From Octopus vulgaris (Eukaryota): a DNA stretch of 64,000 nucleotides. Positions 14,671-27,670 of this stretch are shown here, in pieces. The stretch covers positions 372,001 through 436,000 of the forward strand of contig OX597828.1 of the NCBI GenBank assembly GCA_951406725.2. The letters are read 5' to 3'. The notes under the pieces were generated by a model. That model was not told the DNA's origin. It worked only from the letters and a program-made list of their open reading frames with translations, and searched no databases. The position numbers and the translations under genes are program-made. Positions within the stretch are counted from its first letter, which is position 1; the number at the start of each line of letters is the position of its first letter.

Positions 14671-14748
14671 TATGTACATATATACACATTATATATATGT
14701 GTGTGTGTGTACGCATTATATATACAAATGTATACTAATTATATATAT

Positions 14749-14806
<58 letters not shown>

Positions 14807-15722
14807 TATATATACATACACACACACACACACACACATAAATTAACCCAATAAATATCTGATATTTGTTCTCATGATTGTGTAGTGGTGGTGGCAATAA
14901 TAGTTTTCTCTATGAATGCAGACAGACATCGAGAGAGAGAGGATGTGGTAGAAAGAGTGAATGCGGCAGGGGAAAGATAGTAGACGTTGTCAAACGACGT
15001 TATAGAGAGAAAGTGAAAGGAAGGGAGGAAAGAGAGACAGAGGAAGACAGACAGATAGAGAATGAGAGAAGACTTGTCAAAGTGTGTTTTTACCTAGTAA
15101 CCACACCTTTTAAGATATGGATTTCTAGCTCACTAACATCCTCACCTCATTTTACCCCTGTAAATTTTGGAGTCAATCCGACGGGATCTAGTGCCCTTTA
15201 ACTTGTTCCAATGCCAAAACGAGACAAACAAACTTTTTGCATTTCAGATTTATAGATATTGATTATTATGATTGAGATACATACATACATACATACATAC
15301 ATACATACATGCACGCACGCATGCATGCACACACACACATACACACACATACATACAGACAGACAGACAGAGTACAGATGGCTTTTGGTGGGGACACATA
15401 GAGCCAAAATTTGTTGAAAGGCTTTTCAACTCCACAATGCAGTTTATGGTAACTTGGTAGTTGTTTGATAGAACAGCACAAACCTTCAGACTCTGAGTTC
15501 AAATCCTGCAAAGACCAACTTTGCCATTCATCTTTCCAGGGTTGATAAAGGACCAACCTAGCACAAGGGTTGGTCCCTCATCTACTTTTCTCTCTCTCTC
15601 TCACACACACACACAATCAACTACACAATTCAAATCCATGCTCTAAGCCCGATAGGACACAAGCACTACACAGACCATTCTTCTTCCTTAAAACCAAGAT
15701 AACAGTTTAATAATATATTTAC

Positions 15723-15796
15723 CATTTTTCTCACAATATTCTACAGCATCTTCTTGGCTTGCAAAATCCAGTTTCATGTTTGATAAAGGATCAGCT
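15723..15796 (-). CDS. NDUFS4: NDUFS4 exon 4
   Basis: TAG acceptor and GTAAAT donor. Encodes (T)ADPLSNMKLDFASQEDAVEYCEKN(G). 74 nt, phase 2/1. Confidence 0.96.
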
Positions 15797-16661
15797 CTAG
15801 AAATTCAATAAAATTGATAATATTGACACATTGTTGAATTATTATTATTATCATCATTATTGCTGTGACTGTCTTTTTTTCCTTCCTTCTCATTTCAGAA
15901 ATAATATAACTAAGAGTGTATTGTCCAATATGTTCCTCTATCTGACAACAACCCTTAACCTTCCTATTTGACATCCCTTCTTTCCCCCTTTAATCAATGC
16001 AGCAATGCTGCTTCTTTTTCTAATATCTGAAAGCTTTGTAAAACCTTCAACCACTACATACAATCCGCAGCCACTCTGTACCATGCCCCATGCTGATGGT
16101 ATGTTATTTAACTATTCAACATATATGCTTCCATTTTTAAAGATGACAGGTTAAAAAACACCCCCAAGCCAGTCCATGTAAAAACACCATGGTGGTGCCA
16201 TGTAAAAAGCACCCTGTAAAGTGGTTGCCATTAGGAAGGGCATCTGGCCATAGAACCAAGCCAAATCAAACTGGAACCTATTACAGCTCTGGTCAAACCA
16301 TCTAGCCCATGCTAGCATGGCTTGGATATTTTTGATGGACATCAAAGGATGAATAGGAGGAGAATGTGATTTGAGAGAGATTTGACTGTTATTTCTAAAA
16401 GATAGACTGACCATGCCGCAGCTCCTTCCTTCACTGGCTCAACATTTATAATGTTTAAAACCATTTTATAAGAACTGATGTTTGCTTCGATCACTCACTG
16501 TTTCATAAGGTAAATCTTTTAACAAAACTCACAGCATCAACTACTAATTTTCCTTAAAAATTGAAAAGAAAATTTTTTTTTTATCAGAGGTTAAAGAAGA
16601 AAAATCAGAGGTTAAAGAATAAAAATATCAGAGGTTAAAGAATAAAAATAAAAACACTTAC

Positions 16662-16837
16662 GTGGAGCACCAACCCATGAGGGGATTCTCCCATCTACCT
16701 TGAGTGTCGAATTCAATCATCCACCTTCGTGTGCCAAAGCTACCACTTTGCATGGCATTACGAGCAGGAACATAAATACGAGCCATACGTGTCTTAACCT
16801 CTTCTTCTGGGACTCCATTTAAAGATGACACATCCAC
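16662..16837 (-). CDS. NDUFS4: NDUFS4 exon 3
   Basis: TAG acceptor and GTAAGT donor. Encodes [58 protein letters not shown](T), containing the diagnostic RWENPLMGW. Confidence 0.97.
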
Positions 16838-17192
16838 CTACACAGTATAAGGGAGAGTCAATGCATTAATAAGAATTTCTGAAATTCAGTCAAGCTCATT
16901 ATAATACCAGAGTCAATTAAACCAACCCCACACTCCTCATTATTCTTTTCAGACAGGCACAACTGTGGCTGTGTAGTTGAGAAGTTTGCTTCACAACCTC
17001 ATGCCTTTAGGTTCTGTCACACTGTGCTGCAGCTTAGGCAAGTGTCTCCAAACTGACTAAAGCCTGATCAGTGGATTTGGTCAACAGAAACCAAAGGAAA
17101 CCCTTCATATATGAATATGCATGTATGTGCGTATTCTTGTCTTGACATACAAGTGTTAGAAATGACATATAGATATACATACAGCCAAATAG

Positions 17193-18808
17193 ATAAAATG
17201 ACTCTAAGAAGAATTTTCAGCACGTACAAAGCCTGACGGATGTTTTGAGAGAATGTAGGTTGGTATGGGTGAGTTAATTGCAACCTTAACAATCATCTAA
17301 ATTTCTCTCATCAGAGTTAATCTGAGAGGATTTATAAAAGAATTATTTTATTTCTTAAAGTCTTAAACAACATGAGAAATTTTTAAGAAATTCAGTCTGG
17401 ATTGGTCTATTATAACGGAAACCACACCATACAATACACACACCAGAAATTGTAAATTATGCACAAAACAATCAATATACTCCGAGCTGACAAAAATATT
17501 TTACTTAACCCATGCGTCGCAAATGTATCTTTTTAGAACCAGATAAGTATACTCGGTCAAAATTAACTTTTAATTTTAGCGCTCAAATGAGTTTATTTGT
17601 TTTGTGTCGTTTCATTTTTGAGCAATCACAAATTTACTCATGCTGTTGTACGCCTTGGCAGCACATATTCTGGTGCCATTTCAAAGAATTTCTGCTTCTG
17701 AGTTTTGAACTTTTACTTCAGAGCATACTCAAATTCAGGAGGAGGTTGATGTCATTTTAGAACCGTCTCGTTTTGATTATCTATTATTTATACAAATAAG
17801 AAAATTATTTACACATTTTTTTCCTCAAAATGGATGAAGATTTAGATCTATTCAGCGATCACGAAAGCGATTTTTCCTTTCCCAATCTGGAAAGCTCCGG
17901 GGATGAATTAGACATATTTTTCTGACAATTTTTCAGAAGATGACAAAGAAGATAATCAGATAGATGCACGTGCATGGCACGAAATCAATTGCTCGTCCGA
18001 TTCGAAGAGAAAGCAGATACATGTGTGATGTCTGCAAGATAACTTTGTGTGTAACTCCTTGTTTTAAAAATTATCATTCTAAATAAACTGTCAATCTCAG
18101 TTTTTTAAAATTTTCCTTTGATTTAAAAGCAATACATCTTATAAAAAATTGAAGATAATTAAGTTATATGTATTTTCCCAATGTCCGAGTTAATTCGTTT
18201 AAATCCAAACAAGTAAAAGTACATTTTAATTTCTATAATAAAAAATAAAGGAAACAAGATAAACTTTTTTTTGTAATTAACACAGTGTATATAATTAAAA
18301 AAGGAAATAAAAAAATATGCTCTGAAATGAAATGCCATGTCAAAATAATGGATCCATTAAGGGGTTAATAAGATCTCGGATGTCATTATTCTTTGTAGAC
18401 ATAAATATTTATCAACTTTAAAATTCTTTTCCAAAAATAATTAGTTTATATGATTTTAACCTATTTAACCTTTGTGCGTTTTGATTCATCTTAAAACACT
18501 ATTATCAATAGCTTCATAATCTATTCAAACATGCAAACTCAGCTCTTATTATATAATATAGCATTCGCCTGAACAGTATGTTCTTTTGACACAGCATTCA
18601 AATTTTTAAAATTCTTAAAAATTTCTCATGTTGTTTAAGACTTTAAGAAATTAAATAATTCTTTTATAAATCCTCTCAGATTAACTCTGATGAGAGAAAT
18701 TTAGATGATTGTTAAGGTTGCAATTAACTCACCCATACTAACCTACAATCTCTCAAAACAGCCGTCAGGCTTTGTACGTGCTGAAGATTTTCTTTAAAAT
18801 CATTTTAT
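17193..18808. mobile_element. Fold-back/MITE-like element with ~200-bp terminal inverted repeats
   Basis: 17193-17390 is a near-perfect reverse complement of 18610-18808. Confidence 0.8.
17509..18364 (+). mobile_element. Internally deleted piggyBac element
   Basis: TTAA-CCC...GGG-TTAA ends. An acidic N-terminal remnant (MDEDLDLFSDHESD...ARAWHEI) is fused to the C-terminal Cys-rich domain RRESRYMCDVCKITLCVTPCFKNYHSK* at about 18003-18086. Confidence 0.85.
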
Positions 18809-19149
18809 ACCAACTTTCTCATTTATTTGGATTATCGCTTTACATTCAACATATTTCAATATACTCATTGATTTTAATACAGAGATACATCCTTGCAAGT
18901 ACATTCATGTATTTATATTTTTATGTATTTACATATTTTTATATTATATTATGTATATGTGAATGCACCTATGTTGGCTGTGAAGTATTCCAAGGCTTTG
19001 AAACATACTGAGTGATTAAGAACACTGACCTTTCTTGACTTTATATTCCTGGTGCTCTGTTACAGCGCTAATTAGTTGGGCTGTATAAGGGAATAATTAT
19101 CCGATTTCTTCATTATTCTACATATACATACATACATATATATATATTA

Positions 19150-20035
19150 CATGAAGGAGTCATACCCAATGACTGGTGTAGCAGCACCATAGTCAACTGC
19201 TACAAAGGTAAAGGTGATGCATTAGATACGAATAATTATAGAGGTATTAGGCTGTTGGATCAAGTAATGACGGTCACGGAGAGGGTCATAGCCCAACTAA
19301 TTAGAGAGAGAGTCAGTCTAGACGAGATGCAGTTTGGGTTTGTGCCAGGGAAAAGCACCACTGATGCTATATTTCTGGTAAGACAGCTGCAGGAGAAATA
19401 CCTAGCCAAAGATAAACCCCTGTAACTGGCTTTTGTTGACATGGAGAAAGCCTTTGACAGGGTCCCCCAATTCCTTATCTGGTGATCAATGAAGAAACTA
19501 GGGATAGATGAATGGTTAGTGAGAGCTGTGCAAGCCATGTACAGGGACGCTGTCAGTGAGGGTTGGCAACGAGTACAGTGAAGAATTCCAGGTAGAAGTA
19601 GCGGTCCACCAAGGTTCAGTCCTCAGACCCCTCCTATTCATCATAGTTCTCCAGGTAATAACAGAGGAAATCAAGACAGGATGCCCCTGGGAGCTTCTCT
19701 ATGCTGATGACCTTACTCTAACTGCTGAGTCACTATCAGAACTAGAGGAGAAGTTTCAGGTGTGGAAACAAGGATTAGAATCGAAGGGCCTTAGAGTCAA
19801 CCTAGCTAAAATCAAAGTCTTAATAAGTAGGAAGGCAGGCAAACCACAAATCCCTTCAGGTAGATGGCCCTGCTCGATCTGTAGAAAAGGCATAGGTAGA
19901 AACTCTCTAAGATGTACCCAGTGTAAGCTATGGACACATAAGAGGTGCAGTAATATCAAAGGAAGGCTAACTGGGAAGATAGCTTTGTATGTGGCAGATG
20001 CTCGGGAGCAATAAACACTGAAAATGTGCAGAGAC
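19150..20035 (+). mobile_element. RTE-clade LINE reverse transcriptase fragment
   Basis: KGKGDA..NNYRGI, QFGFVPGKSTTDAIF, AFVDMEKAFDRVP, HQGSVL.PLLF and LYADDL motifs, with stops and frameshifts. Confidence 0.9.
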
Positions 20036-20156
20036 CAACTTTGATGTATTTTTTCAAGTATTTCTTGACAGTATTGAAGCAGATAACTTTGTGATATTTT
20101 TTGAAGCAGACAGTCATTTGTTTTATATATGTGCAGGTGCAATGGCCCAGTGGTTA

Positions 20157-20390
20157 GGCAGCGAGCTGGCAGAAATGTTAGCACGCCGGGCAAAATGCTA
20201 AGCGGTATTTTGTCTACCACTACGTTCTGAGTTCAAATTCCACCAAGGTCAACTTTGCCTTTCATCCTTTCAGGGTCGATTAAATAAGTACCAGTTACGC
20301 ACTGGGATCGATATAATCAACTTAATCCGTTTGTCTGTCCTTGTTTGTCCCCTCTGTGTTTAGCCCCTTGTGGGTAGTAAAGAAATAGAA
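20157..20390 (+). mobile_element. tRNA-derived SINE (second family)
   Basis: GGCAGCGAGCTGGCAGAA...GAGTTCAAATTCC...GCCTTTCATCCTTT...GGGGTCGAT. The family recurs at 30846-31060, 31065-31278, 37190-37372, 38563-38768, 40170-40270, 55282-55450 and 62640-62852. Confidence 0.8.
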
Positions 20391-20610
20391 ATAGGTTAGG
20401 GCAGCAGATTCGCGGTTTTGAGTCCCAGACTGAACATTCTGAGTGTTTATTGAGCGAAAACACCTAAAGTTCCACAAGGCTCCAGCAGGGGCAGTAGTGA
20501 ACCCTGCTGTATTCTTTCAACTTTCTCTCACTCTTTCTTACTGTTTCTGTTATACCAGCATTTCAAAGGGCCAGCCTTGTTACACTCTGTGCCACGCTGA
20601 ATCTCATTAA

Positions 20611-20820
20611 CCCTTTCGTTACCGACCCAGCTGAAACCGGCTCTGGCTCTGACGTACAAATGTTTTGTTTACATAAGTTTTGAATTAAATTTTTCCGCCA
20701 AACCTTAGTCACAATTTATGTTCCTAACACTAACTAAGTTATTTTACTAAATTCTTTTTTATATTTAAAGTAATTGAAAGAAACACAGAGCATCTCAAAA
20801 TAAATACAGTAACGAAAGGG
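20611..20820. mobile_element. piggyBac-type MITE
   Basis: 12-bp TIR CCCTTTCGTTAC / GTAACGAAAGGG with a TTAA duplication on both sides (20607-20610 and 20821-20824). Confidence 0.88.
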
Positions 20821-21517
20821 TTAAGGGTACACGTGTCTGTGGAGTACTCAGCTACTTGCACGTTAATTTCATGAGCAGGATGTTCCATTGATCAGATCAA
20901 CTGGGATCCTCATCGTCATAACCGATGGAGTGCCTCAATATATATATATATATACATATATAAATATATCTGTTTGCATTTATGTTATAATAAAAACAGT
21001 TTTACATTTAATTGAAGAAATACTCAATTCATTTGGTAGAGGCCAAATTTAGTATTCTTCAGCGAGAATAGCATTGATAGTGACTGAACTTTTGGCTGGT
21101 GAAGTCATTATTTGAGTTGTACATTTGGCTTCAACTTGGCTTTATACACTCTCTCTCAAGTTAAAATTTTCTGGGTAACCCAGTCAGATGATGGTTTAGC
21201 TGGATGAAACTTCGAAGTCACAGTCAATACTAAGCTTGTTTAAGAATAATTATGTCCCACATGTCCCATCCATGCTAGCATGGAAAGCAGATGCTAAATG
21301 AGGATATAATTTATTATGATGAACTTCTTTCAGTTTCTGTTTGCTTAATCCACTCAGAAGGCTTTGGTCAACCCAGGGCTATAGTAAGAGAGACTAGCCC
21401 AAGTGTCATGCAGTGGTATTGAACTCAGAACCAAACTTCTTAACCACACCACCATGCCTACCCCTATAGAAAGTTAGTCGATGAAACCAATGTGAAGTGA
21501 AGAAGCTATTGCCTTAC

Positions 21518-21596
21518 CGTTTCCTCAGCCAAGATTGATACATCTTGTTCCTTGGGAGGAACTTGAAGTGGTACAGGTCTATCTGTATTAAAAGAC
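21518..21596 (-). CDS. NDUFS4: NDUFS4 exon 2
   Basis: CAG acceptor and GTAAGG donor. 79 nt, phase 2/0, (R)SFNTDRPVPLQVPPKEQDVSILAEET. Joins exons 1 and 3 in frame. Confidence 0.88.
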
Positions 21597-23076
21597 CTGA
21601 AATATAAGGAAAACATTCATTTAATTCTCATGTCTGGCACCTGGAAAGACTAGATGTACCCTCATAAACAGTAAAGACACACCCCTAAACAGCCGGTACA
21701 ATGCTTTAAGTCAGTGTGATTCCTGTTTTTGTCACAATTTAACCCTTTCGGTTATCCTTTATTGATTAGACCTTTGAGCAAAAGCATTCCAACCATGACC
21801 ATCTCACTTTTTTGAATGTACAATGAACTCAGGACTATATTAACTAATGCATTCTTGATAAAGATGTTAGGATGTACTTTGATGGAGGTTTGACTGCTAC
21901 TTCTAGCAGATCAAACCTGTTGCTTTGGTGAAATCAGTTCAGTTCAAAGCGGAAGCGATGAAGATTAGTGAAATGAGTCTTAGAACTAGAGATAAGCCCA
22001 TAGCTTTTTTTTAGTTTTGTCCCAAATGCAATGTTAATTATTATTATAATTACTATTTTGTATTTAATTGATAATTGTAGACTGTAGTCAAACATTTATT
22101 TAACCATGTTGCCATGGTGATGGTGGTTTCTAATATCCAACCCCCAAGAAGCTCACTATGCAACCATAAAGCCTTCAGTTCAGTCCCACAGCACACTACC
22201 GACCAATGAGCGAATATGGTAAACAGAAACTGTAGGGAAGCCCACACAGTTTACATGTCCATAAATATGTGTGTGTCTCCCTACAAGCAGTAAATTGCTG
22301 GCAACTCTCATAGAAACGTTGAGATAATTTCAAGAAATGGAGAATTAATCACTCAAAGATCACTTACATGTTCAGTGAAAGTAAAAATGCCAGACAGGGG
22401 AGACAACTATGTATATGTTTCTGCCTATCAGAATTCATCAGCATCATATGATATATCCAGATTTGTTAAATGAAGGTGGGCTTTTTTTTTTTTTTTTTTT
22501 TGGCTTTTTCACAGATAGAAAAAGAGTTACAAATGATAATTCTGGGCCAGATATGAGTTCCAAAATTATTTAAAAATACATAATTACTAGAGCTCCTCAG
22601 TCCAGGTCAGTCCTGACTAAGCAACCTTACAAGGCATTCCAACCATGACCATTGCATATTTTTTACATACCTAGAAGTACATTTGTTTAATGTGATTGCT
22701 CTGTTTAAGTTGGCCAAGTGTAATCTAAAGGAAATTTAGCTGCAATTTGTAGCTGATCAAGCAACAACACAGAGCTCCACGTCTGGTTTGCTGCTCAAGA
22801 ACTGTAGCCAAATGACAGTGATACCAGACGGAAGAAAGACACAATAGAAAGCATCATCATTTTAGCATTCATTTCCCCATGATGGCATGAGTTGGATTGG
22901 AATATGATGATGTGCTATATATAGTTTTGGATATAATGTAGAATTTGGGAGTCGGACTGTATTTCATATTTCAAGGAGAGAAGATTTTTTGTTTTGTTCT
23001 ATTTTTAATGAACATCCTTGGTATACAATGGAAGTGGTATAACCCAGTGTGGGTAAGTTTAGATAGATAGATAGAT

Positions 23077-25400
23077 ATGTTTCTTTATTAGCCACACAGG
23101 GCTGCACACAGACGGGGACAGATTACAAAGTAGAGCTTTTCTTTTTGGGGGAGAGAAAGAAAACAAAAAAATAAAAAAGGTGGGGTAGGTTTTCGATCAA
23201 AAGGGATCGTAAAAGGGAAAGAAGAAAGAAAAAAAAATGAAAGGAAAAGAAACAAAAGAAAAAAAAACGATCAATAGGAATCGTGTATCACAGTGTCATG
23301 ATGTAAGGTGTAAAGGGGGAAGCAGATAAGGTTTATCCGTGGGAAGAAAAGCCTACGGAAAAGACCACGGTAACCTCGGTCAATATTGTTACATTAGCGG
23401 AGGTGGATGCACAGAGAGTATCACCACTAGAATACGAATAGCCTGGGCAAAGTTCAGAAAGCTCCTACCCCTACTGGCAACAAAAGGTCTCTCCCTCAGA
23501 GCAAAAGGTAGATTGTATGATGCATGTGTGCGAACTGCCATGCTTCACGGTAATGAAACATGGGCTGTGACTGCAGAAGACATGCGTAGACTTGAAAGAA
23601 ATGAAGCTAGCATGATCCGCTGGATGTGTAGTGTCAGTGTGCACGCAAAACAGAGTGTAAGTATCCTGAGAGAAATGCTGGATATAAGAAGCATCAGATG
23701 TGGTGTGCAAGAGCGACGCTTGCAATGGTATGGTCATGTGCTGCGGGTGGATGAAGAGAGATGTGTGAAGAAGTGCCACTCCCAAACAGTTGAAGGTATC
23801 AGGGGGAGAGGTAGACCCAGGAAGACATGGGATGAGGTGGTCAAGCATGACCTCAGAGCATTGGGCCTCACTGAGGCAATGGCGAAGGACCGAGATCTCT
23901 GGAGATATGCTGTGACTACAAAGACCCGGGCTGCTTTCTGCAGCAATTCCACATACCCCCTACCCATTCTAAGTACCCCGGATCCCCAAAGTACCCTGGA
24001 TCCCCAAAGTACCCCGATCCCCTACCCCGGACCTCTGGATCCCCAAAGTACCCCGGACCTCGTTGCCCCCGTGCCGCTGACACGTTAAAATGCTCGAACC
24101 GATCGTGACGATGCCGGACCCTCCGGCCCCTGTGCAGGTGGCACGTAAAAAGCACCCAATCCACTCACGGAGTGGTTGGCGTTAGGAAGGGCATCCATCC
24201 GTAGAAACTCTGCCAGATTCAGACTGGAGCCTGGAGCGGCCCCTGGCTTCCCAGACCCGGTCAAACCGTCCATCCCGTGCTAGCGTGGAAAGCGGACGTT
24301 AAACGATGATGATGATGATGATGATGTTACCGCATTTATTTGCAAGTAGGTAGCCCTGTTTTAAATTTCCGGGTTCATAGGATTATGTTCAAGGTGGCTT
24401 TGTCATTCATACGTGCCATCCTTGCTACATTCACCCATCTTTTTTTAAAACATTCGCTAGACAAAACTTGCCTCTCTACTCTCACTTTCCTTTTCAAGTG
24501 ATACTTGAAGAAGTTGATGAGAGATTGACCAGAGAGGAAAGTGTTTGTCTCCAATCCTTTCAGACGTGTCCACCAGATACATTCTTTTGCCATAGCCACA
24601 AGGATGATGAAAATAGCTCTTCCTTCCCGTTTGAAGGAAGGAGGCATGACAATATTGACAATAGACTCGGCTGATAAACCGACTCGTCCCACAGTGACAG
24701 CAGTTGTTCGACATAAGCCCACAGGTCGGACATTGTTAGACACTGCACAAGTGCGTGCAGAATGGTTTCGTCGCTCTGACCGCATCTCGGGCAGGTCAGC
24801 CCTGTGTTTCTCGAGCTGTGTCTGTAGAGCTTATCCCGAACGGGTAGTGCTTCTCGGTAGCACTGCCAGGCCAGGGATCTCTGGAAGTTGTCCATGGGCC
24901 CTGGCCTGAAAGTCGTCCTGAACAGGCTGGTCAGATATTCCTCATCGACGTCCAGGTTCGCCCCAAGCTCGTCGTCGTACCTCCCCTCCATTAATCCCCT
25001 ATAGAATGCTTGGGTTGTGTTGAAGTCACTCAAGGTCGACCCGGGACGGCTTAGTTACTTCAGAGCAACGCGACACTCACGGTGCCATTCGCCCTTTCTC
25101 GACCTCTTTTTGATCCACGACTGCAGTTCGATCATGGTGACGAGTTGCGGGAAAGCGTGCCTCACAAACGGCGACCACACCTGTTCACCGTCGTCTACAT
25201 AGAGCTTGAGATGTCGCAGTCTCAGCGTGTGTCTGCACATCATCAACCACGGCATACCCGGTCCTCCTTTTAACAGGTGTTGACAGCAAATGGATCGCCT
25301 GACCATCGGGACGCATCCTTTCCACAAGAAGCAAAAGAGAATGCGTTCTAGTTTGGTGATGGTAGGGTCGGGATTCACGCCTGCAACGAGATTCTACTAT
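23077..25400 (-). mobile_element. Tx1/L1-type LINE 3' part, interrupted by the RTE insertion
   Basis: Minus-strand ORF2 remnants (FLWKG..PMVRR, zf-RVT CPRCGQSDETILHALVQC). The 3' UTR resumes left of the RTE and ends at (GATA)n near 23061. Confidence 0.8.
23393..24324 (+). mobile_element. 5'-truncated RTE LINE 3' end with (GAT)n tail
   Basis: ORF end RIRIAWAKF...LYDACVRTAMLHGNETW...RGRPRKTW, then a 3' UTR with ~18-bp tandem units and a (GAT)n tail. TGTTAC target-site duplication at 23387-23392 and 24325-24330. Confidence 0.9.
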
Positions 25401-26186
25401 TTCCATCTACTAAGTTCACAAGTTTTTGTTTCAAAAGAGTGATGAAATAAAAAATTAAAAATAGGGATTTTTGCGTCAGGTTCTACATTGAAACGAGATA
25501 GTGAAAACATTTGGTAGATCCGAGTATTAAAAAAAAACCCATTTTGACAGAATAACCTAGTGTGACATCGTAAACAACATTTCTTCAACTGGACCGAAAC
25601 ACACTTTAAAATATGTTGCTTGCACATACCGTACACACACACACACCTCATATCCTTTATATATAGAGAGAGAGAGGATGTGAGGTGTTTAGTTCACTGG
25701 TGATCTAAACGAATAGGTAGCTGAGTAAGTGCTATAGTTGGTCATCCATTAGGTTCCAAGTTCACAGCTGAGTCTGGAGCTCGGGATCCGCATTTTGCTT
25801 CCGTGTTAGCAGGTATACATTAAAGGAAAAGGACATAGAAAACCAAAGCTTTGTTTTGACGTCCTATCTTCTCTCTCTCTCTCTCTCTGTGTTGACAAAA
25901 TTCAAAACAGAAAACAGGAATCATTACAAATGCAAATGTTCGTAGAGCATAGCAATGAAAATACATGATCGGTAATGTGTGTTTGATTGTATGAAAGAAT
26001 CGATAAGAAAAGCAAGTCAATAGTTGTAAAGGCGTCACTTTTGTGGTTAAAACATAAATAACAGAGTTTAACCTCAGTTTTGAAGGAAACATATAAACAT
26101 GTCTAGCGAACATAACAATATATATATAGAGACAGACAGACAGACGGGAAAGAGGAGCTGCGAGAAAATGAAGCTAGAGACAATAC

Positions 26187-26245
26187 CTGGACGATAAACA
26201 GTTTATTAGTCTTCGACATCCAAGAATTCTCACAGAAGCAGCCAT
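26187..26245 (-). CDS. NDUFS4: NDUFS4 exon 1 (mitochondrial targeting peptide)
   Basis: ATG in CAAAATGG context. MAASVRILGCRRLINCLSS(R) is Arg-rich with no acidic residues. AG|GTATTG phase-2 donor. Total CDS 59+79+176+74+104=492 nt. Confidence 0.87.
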
Positions 26246-26321
26246 TTTGAAGGTTATAGTCAAGGTAGATAACTCTTGATAAAAGAAACGGTGATAGGTT
26301 TTAAAAGTCCCGCTTCTATTA

Positions 26322-27670
26322 CACAATGTAACACATGTTTTGTTTATTTGTATTTTTTGATGTTCATATATGCATTTTTTGCCACTAAATTCAAAAATCA
26401 CATTCATTTTGACGTAACATCGATAGTTATTTATTTATTCCTAATTTCATATTTGCTCGTTATATTTGTAACTTTTCTCTACAGCACTTTGTTGGTTCAA
26501 TCTACTCTAGTATTGTAAGGATATTACACAACATTTAGTACTTTTTCATTTATTGAAAAGTATTTAGGAAGTATAATATTAGTTAGAACAAAAAGAAACA
26601 ATAAAACTCTGCACTGTAAATGCCTTGATAACTCTTTTCTTAAGATGAGAAGTGCTTTGACGATCAAGATTTTCTGGAGTGTATACCTTCATCTCTTCTG
26701 ACAAGAGACCATATATAATCTCCCATCATAGCAGTATCCCATCGTCCTTGGTATCTTCTTTCCATGGTTGCGACGTCCTGATGAAATCTCTCAACATGAT
26801 CCTCACTTCATGGCGTTTCCAGTACACAGATGTCTTGCAGTTTTCCCCCAGTAGATTCCATTCCTTCAACCTTCGTGAAAGAAGTTCAGCTCCTGACTTA
26901 GTAAGATCTAGATCCCTGATTAAATCATCTAGCTCACTCTGATTTGGAAAGTGAGGCTCTGAAGTCGTTCATGGTATGAAAGCTTCCTCCATTTTTTGGC
27001 TGCTGCTACTTGTTGACTCTGCAGATGAAATATTTTCTGGTGGTAGTGATACTCGTAAACTGTCATCTTGTGGGACAGGTGCTCTAGATGATGGTATGTC
27101 TGGATACTGAAGAGCTTGTCTTCCTTTCACTTTTCTGTACTTTGTCACATTGATCATAAAAAAGTAACAGTCACCGTGATGGTTCTTTGGATCTCTCTAT
27201 ACCCTTGGAATGGCAAAAGGCATTGACCTTCCTGTACCTCTTAACCATCATTCTAGAGTAGACAGACAGCTTCCACATATCATATGTGGGGGCCCATGGT
27301 TTGTCCTGGTGACCCATGGGCATTCTGAAATAGTCTGTACGCTATCCACAATTTGGCACCTTTTACTATCTTATGTAATACCTGCTTTTTTAATGTATCT
27401 GGAGAATTTTTACATACTTTAGTAGCCATCCTGAATGTAGCAGAACTTAGTAATTGGTCTGAAAGAGAAAATTAAACATAAATTTAGTAGCGGAACATTA
27501 TAACAATACCGAATATATAATAATATTGAAAGTCGACATATTTTTTTAATGTTGATGATACACAAAAATAATTTCATTTTTGGAATCAGCAGAAAAACTG
27601 GATTGATAAACAATAAAAAAAAATACAATAAACAATTTTTTTTTTTTTTTTTGAAAATTGCTACATTGTG
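26322..27670 (-). mobile_element. Internally deleted Chapaev3-like (CMC) DNA transposon
   Basis: TIRs CACAATGTA / TACATTGTG with a 3-bp TTA TSD. Minus-strand transposase remnants: FCYI, QDKPWAPHMICGSC, MPFAIPRV.R.PKNHHGDCYF, YPDIPSS.APVP and QSELDDLIRDL..TKSGAELLSRRLKEWNLL. Confidence 0.82.

Noticed and set aside
23950-24070. ~18-bp repeated units resembling a CRISPR-like array
   Set aside because: A minisatellite without unique spacers inside a LINE 3' UTR, in eukaryotic DNA.
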